The position numbers and the translations under genes were made by a program. From NCBI GenBank assembly GCA_003345595.1, contig PRDI01000049.1, positions 26,294 through 90,293 on the forward strand: a stretch of DNA of 64,000 nucleotides. The letters are read 5' to 3'. Source of the stretch: Candidatus Thorarchaeota archaeon (GTDB lineage: Archaea; Asgardarchaeota; Thorarchaeia; Thorarchaeales; Thorarchaeaceae). This document shows positions 1 to 7,766 of the stretch, piece by piece. The notes below the pieces were generated by a model. It did not search any database and was not told the origin of the DNA. It saw only the letters and a program-made list of their open reading frames with translations. The number at the start of each line of letters is the position of its first letter. The stretch's first letter is position 1.

Positions 1-1
1 C

Positions 2-769
2 GGCGGTTCGGTCATCACTCACAAGGATTCCAGTCCACCGACGACAAACACAGAAGCAATCTCACGTGTAGTTCGAGAGTTGAAAGTACGAAGAGGTAAG
101 CTAATCGTTGTACTCGGCGGCGGGGCATATGGCCATCAACCTGCCCATCAGTATGGTTTTGGCGATCCAAACACTTCCAAGGAACGTCTGCTAGCAGGCA
201 TACCGTCAATTCGCCACAACATGGCTCTCCTCTCACTCGAAGTTGACAAAGCAATGCAAGATGAAGGTATTCCTGGTGTCGTGTTTTCGCCCTTTTCATC
301 TAGTCAGCTGCACAACGGCTCAATAGTAGCCTTTCCGACAGGTCTCATTCAGACTGCTCTGGAAGCAGGATTGATAGTCATAACACATGGTGATGTGTGC
401 TTCGATGACACAACAGGTGCCTCGATCCTCAGTGGTGACACCATCCTAGTCTATCTGGCAAAAGAGCTGAGCGCCAAGTCCATCTACGTCGGCACAGACG
501 TTGACGGCGTGTTCGAAGGAGATCCAAAGGAAAATCATGCTGCAAGGCTCGTCCCTGTCATCAACAGGTCCAACAGACGCCGCGTACTACTAGGTGTCGG
601 TTCATCGAGAGCTGAGGATGTCACAGGTGGTATGGCCAAGAAGGTGGGTGAGCTAATGAAGCTTGAAGACAACAGACCTGAGATTGCAGTCTTCAATCTA
701 TGTGTTCCCGGACGCCTAGAGTCACTATTATCTGGCAAACCAGTCGTCTGCACAAGAATCACTTTCTGA
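2..769 (+). CDS. ipk: isopentenyl phosphate kinase (amino-acid-kinase fold), 5'-partial; the gene starts upstream of the window
   Basis: In-frame translation from nt 2 gives GGSVITHKD...KLIVVLGGGAYGH followed by HGDVCFDD, SGDTIL and VGTDVDGV motifs typical of archaeal IPK. The ORF-track M at nt 80 is a TTG inside the conserved N-terminal domain, so the true start lies outside the window. Confidence 0.75.
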   Translation, partial: GGSVITHKDSSPPTTNTEAISRVVRELKVRRGKLIVVLGGGAYGHQPAHQYGFGDPNTSKERLLAGIPSIRHNMALLSLEVDKAMQDEGIPGVVFSPFSSSQLHNGSIVAFPTGLIQTALEAGLIVITHGDVCFDDTTGASILSGDTILVYLAKELSAKSIYVGTDVDGVFEGDPKENHAARLVPVINRSNRRRVLLGVGSSRAEDVTGGMAKKVGELMKLEDNRPEIAVFNLCVPGRLESLLSGKPVVCTRITF

Positions 770-836
770 TAAACGGATGAGAGTAGAGGGTTCAACAGAA
801 GTGACTTCCTCTGGAATCAGTCGTGATTCACGACCA

Positions 837-3800
837 TCATTTTCCCTCACTTCCTATGACTGCCTGCGCTTCCTCAAATTCGTAGGCCACAAGGTTTGGA
901 GGTTTCGCAGCATCTTCGTTCAGATATTCAGCGGCCGTCAACACGCACACGGTCTGCGTGGACTTGCAGATATTACAGCCAGTACCACCGACAGACTGCA
1001 GAAGTGAATTGAGTTCTTGCTGGCTTGGAAAGACAATGTACGATTTCCTGTCGGCACAAAGGTTATAGTGACCGTGGTTTCGCAGGACCCGGTCACTTGA
1101 TTTAACAAGCTCTGCTTCAAGAGCCGCCACGGCCTTCTCCCTCAGGTCAACAATCTTCGAACAGCTGACGACCCAAAGCCCCTCCTCGAAACCTTGAAAC
1201 ATCTGTTTGTCCTTCACTCTCAATACAACCAGCCTCTCATCGACCAGTAGGCCAGTCACTGCCCGTCTTCCTTCTTCCTCACTCATCGGAATCGATCTGC
1301 TTCTGACAGACTGGGCTGCCGTCGTTTGGATGAAATCCAATAGTGTATTCCACCGGATTTTGCCTCCCGACAATTCCACAAAGTCTTGGATTGTTCCGAA
1401 CCACAGACGTGTCTGAACTGCTGAAACCGAAGACGGAATCTGCTTATGCATCACGCTTCTCAGATGTCCATCGATAGGCCTGTCGGTCACGTCAGCAGTA
1501 ATGTTCTCTCTTCGTCCACTATCATGTTTCTTGCCTCTTTTTAGCTGGGTTTCCACCATGCTGTCAAGAGAACTTGGGAATGCTGACACAACGGTGACGC
1601 AATCGAAGTCTTCACTACTATCCATGAGTTCTCTCAAACGCGCGGCGGCAACGCTTCCTCTTACAACAATGTAGAGCTCAGCAGTCCCATTTCCCAAGTA
1701 ACTCATGCGATGTCGAATCCAGTCAAGCGTGCCCTCTATTGACGAAGCTTTCAAATGCTCAGGTACTATGATTACTGCCTTGTCGTCTATTACAATATCT
1801 GGTTCGTCACTAGATGTCCTTTTAGAAGTGGGCGTATTCTCAAGTGCTTTCATTATGTACTGGAAGATGGCCTCCTTTGCAGCCTCAGATCCTCCTCCTG
1901 GCAGTGTGAACAAGAAGCCTCCAGAAACCAACGGCAGCGATTCCCGTTCGATCGTTCCTAGGCAAATGAGATCGTGGATCAACTCCGCCGTGTCTTCGCT
2001 TGTGATTCGCGGGTCTAGTGTCATTAGAAAATGCTGTAATTCATCATTCGTAGCAGCTTTCTGTGATGCAAGAAACGCAACCACTCTATTTGCCAATTCA
2101 CCGAGCCTATCAAACACTAAGCACTGATGTGCATTTTTCTCAGAAACACTTGAGTCCGTTTCAGCGTCTTCTGACGCACATGCGGGCAGTAACGGATGTT
2201 TCTCCACATGACTGTGTTCATCATCCATGCTGTCCAGAACCGAAGCGGTGCCGTCTGAAGCTTGATCTTCTTGTGATAAGCGAGACTGCGATGTCACATC
2301 GAACCGGGCTGTGGCAATCTCAAAGGTTTCCGTCTGAGGCGTGACAATAAGTGCTCTCCCAACCTTCAGGGTTCTAAGATAGCGCTCCTGCTCCTCGGTG
2401 AGGGACATGAACCTGCCCCCAACCGAGCTGTCGTATGGCAGTCGGAAAGTGATCTTCGTTGATGTGTTCGCCAGAATGTTGGAGGAAACGTTAGGTCTGG
2501 TTGAAACCACGATGACACCTTGTCCGGTCGCTCGCTGTAACATGACCATAGATTCACCAGTGGTGACGTCCGCAGCGGACTGCCGCGTGTAGCTCTCGGG
2601 CACAAGGTTGCTTGCCTCTTCTAGAACGACAACGTGCTCCAGTTCGGGGGTGATACCACGGCGCATCGCACCATCAAAGATGCGCTTCGCAACGAGATTG
2701 TAAAGCAACCGTGCTGCATCCATCCCACCAACCCTTGCGACATATCGTAGGTCGAATATGACTCGCCTGTCAAGCAGAGATGATATCTTGACAGCATTAG
2801 CTCCTCCACTGAGTATCGGTCCAAGCGGTTCACGCGACAGTATCTCAAGGCGATTTACTAATGCATCTCTTGTCAGACTTCCAGTCCGATCCTTGCCCGA
2901 GAGTTCATTGACCGCATCAACCAGCGCGTCCACCGAGCTACCGCGCCTGTTCTCACTAGCAACCTTAAGAACAGACTCCCTTAGCAGCTTCTCCATCGCA
3001 GGGGACAGCTCAGTTGATGTTCCCATCTCCTTAAGCAGTTCTCTGAGGATGGCGAATGTTGTGTATGCATGTCTTTCACCTGTGTCCACTTCTGGGTCCA
3101 TCATGTCCATCACAAAAGAGGGATCTAATCCCGGGCGCAGAATCATGACCTGATCGTCAATATCCACAAGGTCGCTATACTCTGACCCCTTCACATCAAA
3201 AATCCACCATGGCACAACAGTTTTGAGAGTTAGTTCCGCCATCAGGTGTTTCACCAGAGTTGTCTTTCCTGTTCCAGTGGCTCCCATGACAGCAAGATGC
3301 TCTCTTAGCCACTCCTTTCTCAAACCCACTCTGTTAAGTTGTCGTCCTCCGTAGACGGTCCACCCAATGAACAGTTCATTATCGACCAGCTCTCTTGCCG
3401 GGACCGGGAAGCTAGGTGCCTGTATTGCAGAAACAACTGGCACAATTTGCACTGGAGTGTTGACGAACGCGGCAAGTCTGCCTACATGCAGCTTCTGGGG
3501 CCTAAGATGCCGTCTTGTAAGCAGCTTCCAAGCCACACCTGTGCCGACTCTCATGTCCCTTACTAGGACATGACTATCCCCACCCCAGATGGATATAGCA
3601 AGTCCCATCACGCCCTCTTGAGTCATCTTCAGCTGAGGTGCGCTTGCGGCGCTTACAACAACATACACAGTTGAATTGAACCAGCCTTCACTACCCTGCA
3701 CTTCTTCGTACTGATCCAAGAGCGTCTTCTTAGCGGCTTGATCGACCAAGGAGTCCTCTCGCTTGCGTTCTCTCTCGCGGATTGATTTCCATTGCCCCTC

Positions 3801-4655
3801 CATTTTTCTTCTTTCTCTGCCAGGCTTGGCACTGGAGAAGACACAGGTCAAGCTCAAGGAAAACCCCTGCTTAAGCGCGGTGGACAGGAAAGTGCCAACC
3901 TGTGATGACGAAGGCGAAGGTGCTACTCTGGGAGCACCAGTGAATACCACTAGCGATTTCCGGAGGTCGGCCTTTCTGTGTAATCTATTCTCAAGTGTGC
4001 ACTTCTCGACAACGAATCCAGCCGCTTCTTCCAGAGCATCGCCTTTCAATTGATGTAGTTCAAGATTAACTAGAGACGCAAGAAGGATTGCCTCTGTTCT
4101 TGTCGCCTCTCTCCTCAAGACTTGCATCATTTCCTCCAAATGATGACCACTTGTGCTAATGAAGAACCTCAGAAACGGCTCGCCCTTAGCTAGTCCCGCC
4201 TCATATGCCATCGTGACTCCGTGGTCCATGCCTGCGCGCAGCGCCAATAGCATCGCTGTGTTGTACTTGGGTTTACCGTCGGGCCCACACTCCACCGATC
4301 CTGATGCAGATGTGATTTCAAGGCAGCACATTGCAATCAAGCGGTTTCCTAGACCGACCACAAGAAACTCATCTTGCACCGAGGATGATATGCCTCCAAC
4401 AAGGATTCCCAGACATGCCAAGACTGCTCCTGCAGAGATTGGCACTCCACAGACCAGAATCTCTACCAGAAGTTTCGACGGAACAGCGGGCTGTTCGATT
4501 AAACCAGCTAGTGGAAGCATATAGACCACGGTCAGGTACAGGGCACATACCACTGCTCCAAACGCATAGGCTGCTCTGATCCAGTGCCCACAATTCAACA
4601 TGATTCTATCAGGAATGGTTCTCCTCTTGTTTCTGGGTGTGCTAGTGCTCATCAT
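837..4655 (-). CDS. giant (1272 aa) membrane-anchored HerA/VirB4/CedB-like (FtsK-HerA superfamily, DUF87-type) ATPase with a ~420-aa C-terminal extension of unknown function
   Basis: About three N-terminal TM helices. Walker A is AVMGATGTGKTT, directly followed by the DUF87 hallmark WWIFDVKGSEY. Walker B is VVVLEEASNL, followed by a GQGVIVVSTRPNVSSNIL...ITFRLP C-terminal ATPase motif. The last ~420 aa have no recognisable family; a possible winged-helix-like stretch is QHFLMTLDPRITSEDTAELIHDLICLGTIE. Confidence 0.6.
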   Translation of the reverse strand: MMSTSTPRNKRRTIPDRIMLNCGHWIRAAYAFGAVVCALYLTVVYMLPLAGLIEQPAVPSKLLVEILVCGVPISAGAVLACLGILVGGISSSVQDEFLVVGLGNRLIAMCCLEITSASGSVECGPDGKPKYNTAMLLALRAGMDHGVTMAYEAGLAKGEPFLRFFISTSGHHLEEMMQVLRREATRTEAILLASLVNLELHQLKGDALEEAAGFVVEKCTLENRLHRKADLRKSLVVFTGAPRVAPSPSSSQVGTFLSTALKQGFSLSLTCVFSSAKPGRERRKMEGQWKSIRERERKREDSLVDQAAKKTLLDQYEEVQGSEGWFNSTVYVVVSAASAPQLKMTQEGVMGLAISIWGGDSHVLVRDMRVGTGVAWKLLTRRHLRPQKLHVGRLAAFVNTPVQIVPVVSAIQAPSFPVPARELVDNELFIGWTVYGGRQLNRVGLRKEWLREHLAVMGATGTGKTTLVKHLMAELTLKTVVPWWIFDVKGSEYSDLVDIDDQVMILRPGLDPSFVMDMMDPEVDTGERHAYTTFAILRELLKEMGTSTELSPAMEKLLRESVLKVASENRRGSSVDALVDAVNELSGKDRTGSLTRDALVNRLEILSREPLGPILSGGANAVKISSLLDRRVIFDLRYVARVGGMDAARLLYNLVAKRIFDGAMRRGITPELEHVVVLEEASNLVPESYTRQSAADVTTGESMVMLQRATGQGVIVVSTRPNVSSNILANTSTKITFRLPYDSSVGGRFMSLTEEQERYLRTLKVGRALIVTPQTETFEIATARFDVTSQSRLSQEDQASDGTASVLDSMDDEHSHVEKHPLLPACASEDAETDSSVSEKNAHQCLVFDRLGELANRVVAFLASQKAATNDELQHFLMTLDPRITSEDTAELIHDLICLGTIERESLPLVSGGFLFTLPGGGSEAAKEAIFQYIMKALENTPTSKRTSSDEPDIVIDDKAVIIVPEHLKASSIEGTLDWIRHRMSYLGNGTAELYIVVRGSVAAARLRELMDSSEDFDCVTVVSAFPSSLDSMVETQLKRGKKHDSGRRENITADVTDRPIDGHLRSVMHKQIPSSVSAVQTRLWFGTIQDFVELSGGKIRWNTLLDFIQTTAAQSVRSRSIPMSEEEGRRAVTGLLVDERLVVLRVKDKQMFQGFEEGLWVVSCSKIVDLREKAVAALEAELVKSSDRVLRNHGHYNLCADRKSYIVFPSQQELNSLLQSVGGTGCNICKSTQTVCVLTAAEYLNEDAAKPPNLVAYEFEEAQAVIGSEGK

Positions 4656-5055
4656 AGACAGACTTCACGACCGCGCCGCACTGGCGAATCATCACTAATC
4701 TAGGAATCCCAATTCCAAGCACCTTGTGTCAGTGTCTGTGATTTGAACTCCCCCGCGACTTTCGTAGTGTCGGACATTGGTGTTCCGTTTCGAGCGTCGT
4801 AACTGATTGGAGTGACTGTTACATTGGTCACGTGAACAGAGCGAAGGTGTTCATTTGCGGTGGTTCTAGGAGGTTAAAAGACACGCTCCAGTAACGAAAA
4901 AGCAGTGGATTGGATGAGAAATAGAGCCGTTTCCGAACAGGACATTGCCAGTTCAAGCGGCGGGCCATTGATGTCAATCCGATATGTCAAAGGCAAGCCC
5001 CTGACTAAATCTGGACCACGGGGGCAAGATGACGGATTCTCCTGAGGCATGTTCA

Positions 5056-7020
5056 ATGAGGAATGTGCCTGTTCTTATTGGAGCCGCAATTGCCCTGATG
5101 CTCTTTATGTTTGCGGCTTGCACAGAAACAGTATCTGCAGAAGAAACGCCTATCTGTCGGGGCAGTGTCGCAACTATCACTATTACCTTGCTCCAGAACG
5201 GCACATATGGAAACCCGGTTTCTAATCAGCCTGTGGAGTTCTTCGATCAGACCCTTGATGTGTTCTTGGGCTTGGTCCTGACTGATGTGGACGGCCGCGC
5301 TCAGTTCGAATGGTCCCTACCAGCAGACCATCCCCTTGGGCCGACCGTGATCAATGCCACCTACCGTGGCAACGAAACTCTGGCACTCGCTCCGTCTTTC
5401 CAATGGACATCACTTACTGTACTCTCCTCCACGAGAATGGATATTCAAGTTGAACGAAGCACTGTGTTTCCCGGGGAAGTAGTACCATTCACAGTCCTGC
5501 TCTTGAACGACATGAATCTTCCACTGCCGTACGCACAACTCACTGTGTTTTGTAACAGCGTGCCAATCACATCGAGGGCTACAAACTCATCTGGCTGGGC
5601 CCGGTTCACTGTTCAGTGCAATGACTCATGGGCTCGTTTGGGAGAGAATGAAATCCGGGTTGCCTATGAACAAAACCTAGTAGTCTTCAATGAGGCGGTA
5701 GCAGAGTCATTCATGGTAACGGTCGAGCAAGTTTCCACAAGTGTCGAAGTGACAAAACCTCCTCTGGGGTCGTACGGACTGAACGACACTCTACGTACAG
5801 ACTTGTTTCTGAGAGCCGACGATGGAGCACTGCCCGGGGCCAGACTTCAAGTTGCTTTGGACGGCGTTTCTCTTGCTGCTGTCTTGACTGATGACTCTGG
5901 TGTGGCACATCTATGTCTAGTAATAGACGGCATATTCACTCTAGGCCCTCATAGGTTAACTTTCGAGTATCCGGGGAATTCTCGATATGCATCATGTTCA
6001 CATGATATTTCCATTAGCGTCCTAAGCAGTGCAAACATTCGAATCATTCTTCAAGGACCCGTCATTGTCAACACAGACAGCAACATCACTATTGAGATCA
6101 GGGATCTGTTCCACCGTCCGATACAGAATGCTACCATCATTCTGCGTGACCTAGTTAGCAATGAAACATTCGCCGGTGCAGTCCCTATTGGCACGACCTC
6201 TGTGAGTTTCAGTTTCCATATTGTAGGAAGAACCGGAGCCAGAAGCTTCCTCATCAGCATTGTTGGGAACGAGTATGTCACGAACAGGACCAGTGCATTC
6301 AGCACTCTTGTCTGGTCTCGTCCTGACTTAATACTGGTCAGAAGCAACATCAGAGGGTATGCTTCCCCCAGTCAGCAGATAATGCTCGAAGTCAGGCTGT
6401 ACGACTCCCAGATGGCCTATACTGACACACTTGTGGAATCCTGGATTGACAATACGACAGCTGTTTCCCATTCATTCACGAATAGCTCTGGCTTCGCGAT
6501 TGTTGAACTCAAAGCGCCACAGGATGAAGGTCTGGTCGATACATGGATTGTCTACAGCGGCAATCTGACTGTTTTTAGAATGTCTAATACCTTACACTAC
6601 ACTTTCACTGTCAGCAGGATAGTCCCGCTGGCGATTGAACTGCACCACTACACAGTAATCATGCCCCTGCTACAGCTCGAGGTTGTCTTGATGGCCTGCG
6701 CTCTCAATGGATCCTTGCTAGAGGGGGTGACAATAAACTATGAATGGCTCTCCATTCGAGGAAGCACAGAGAGTACGCATGATGGCTTGTCCCAACTGTA
6801 CCTGCCAGTACCCGGGTTTCCGGGTTCGTTCATTCTCTCTTATTGGACCGAATCCTCCTCGTACACACTCTCATGTAGTGGGCACTTCGTCATCAATCTA
6901 AATGGAAGTGAAGTTGCAGCAGCTCAAGGTGTCGGCATCACTGGCATGGCAGCAAGCATATGTGTTTCTCTAACATTGGCCGCAATACCAATCATCAGAA
7001 AGAGGTACCTACTGGACTAG
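5056..7020 (+). CDS. secreted or cell-surface protein with repeated beta-rich (Ig/CARDB-like) domains, many N-glycosylation sequons and a C-terminal TM anchor
   Basis: N-terminal signal peptide MRNVPVLIGAAIALMLFMFAACTETVSA. More than 25 N-x-S/T sequons (NATY, NETL, NSSG, NDTL and others). Repeated ~90-aa segments. C-terminus is a hydrophobic helix GMAASICVSLTLAAIPII followed by RKRY. Confidence 0.6.
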   Translation: MRNVPVLIGAAIALMLFMFAACTETVSAEETPICRGSVATITITLLQNGTYGNPVSNQPVEFFDQTLDVFLGLVLTDVDGRAQFEWSLPADHPLGPTVINATYRGNETLALAPSFQWTSLTVLSSTRMDIQVERSTVFPGEVVPFTVLLLNDMNLPLPYAQLTVFCNSVPITSRATNSSGWARFTVQCNDSWARLGENEIRVAYEQNLVVFNEAVAESFMVTVEQVSTSVEVTKPPLGSYGLNDTLRTDLFLRADDGALPGARLQVALDGVSLAAVLTDDSGVAHLCLVIDGIFTLGPHRLTFEYPGNSRYASCSHDISISVLSSANIRIILQGPVIVNTDSNITIEIRDLFHRPIQNATIILRDLVSNETFAGAVPIGTTSVSFSFHIVGRTGARSFLISIVGNEYVTNRTSAFSTLVWSRPDLILVRSNIRGYASPSQQIMLEVRLYDSQMAYTDTLVESWIDNTTAVSHSFTNSSGFAIVELKAPQDEGLVDTWIVYSGNLTVFRMSNTLHYTFTVSRIVPLAIELHHYTVIMPLLQLEVVLMACALNGSLLEGVTINYEWLSIRGSTESTHDGLSQLYLPVPGFPGSFILSYWTESSSYTLSCSGHFVINLNGSEVAAAQGVGITGMAASICVSLTLAAIPIIRKRYLLD

Positions 7021-7028
7021 AATCCCAA

Positions 7029-7138
7029 TGGTGCTCCGGCCGGGATTTGAACCCGGGTCTGGGGATCGAGAGTCCCCAATGCTGGGCCGGACTACACTCG
7101 GCCGCACAACGAATCTCACTCGGTGCGACTACCGGAGC
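7029..7138 (-). tRNA. tRNA-Glu (anticodon CUC) with a ~32-nt non-canonical intron in the D-arm region
   Basis: Reverse complement reads GCUCCGGUAG[UCGCACCGAGUGAGAUUCGUUGUGCGGCCGAG]UGUAGUCCGGCCCAGCAUUGGGGACUCUCGAUCCCCAGACCCGGGUUCAAAUCCCGGCCGGAGCACCA. Acceptor stem GCUCCGG/CCGGAGC, anticodon arm GGGGA-CUCUCGA-UCCCC, T-arm CCGGG-UUCAAAU-CCCGG and an encoded CCA are all present. The exons match the archaeal tRNA-Glu consensus GCUCCGGUGGUGUAGUCCGGCC. Confidence 0.6.
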
Positions 7139-7398
7139 TTGGGCTGTGCCAGCCCGGAGCGGGCATTCACCCTCTACGCAGCAAATAAGGCTTTCTCTGT
7201 AAAGTCACGATATTTCCAATCTGAATCGGATGTTGGCCTGGAACTCTGGTCTGTCACTCTGCGAATCATCGATAGCATTGGTGTCGGAGCACTGCCCACA
7301 TCTCCAATGCGTTTCACCCTAGCTTGTTTACTTTCCAAGAAAACCGATTGTATTCAAACATTCAAGCTGTTTCGACCTGCTTACTGCAACTGGGCGGA

Positions 7399-7605
7399 CT
7401 ATGGACCGAATAGCTGGGTGAGACTACTCCAGCTGTCTTGGAGTAGCTGAAGCAGACTGTTCACAACACCTTGTGCCCATCCTGTTGCTTCAAGGATGAC
7501 TGCTATTATGATGGATACTGTGACCACAGCTAGACCAAGAAGCAGGCTCTCCTCTACCAAGGGTCCTCCAATCTCATTGTCTTTCAGCTTAGTCTGCTTC
7601 GTCAT
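7399..7605 (-). CDS. small Flp/class-III-signal-peptide-like pilin candidate (68 aa from the internal Met)
   Basis: MTKQTKLKDNEIGG|PLVEESLLLGLAVVTVSIIIAVILEATG has a charged N-terminus, a Gly, a Glu four to five residues after the Gly, and a ~20-aa hydrophobic helix. This is the Flp/type IV prepilin architecture. It lies immediately downstream of a secretion ATPase. Confidence 0.4.
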   Translation of the reverse strand: MTKQTKLKDNEIGGPLVEESLLLGLAVVTVSIIIAVILEATGWAQGVVNSLLQLLQDSWSSLTQLFGP

Positions 7606-7766
7606 TTCATGAACCTGTCCAAGGGTTCTCTTCGAGGCTATATTAAGTCCCCATGTTCTTGACGCGGTAATAGCACATCTCTCAGCAGAGCTCAACATAC
7701 TCTATCAGGACGTCCAGCACGCCAAAGACTGGCCAACCGTGTGCAAGAACGACATTCGATGCTCTC

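Noticed and set aside
1705-4579. Numerous 60-140-aa ORFs on the + strand inside the 837-4655 gene
   Set aside because: All lie antisense to a long ORF with clear ATPase motifs. Typical shadow ORFs.
7028-7450. 140-aa + strand ORF overlapping the tRNA-Glu locus and the upstream non-coding region
   Set aside because: Overlaps a well-formed tRNA on the opposite strand. Low-complexity translation and no motifs. Spurious ORF.
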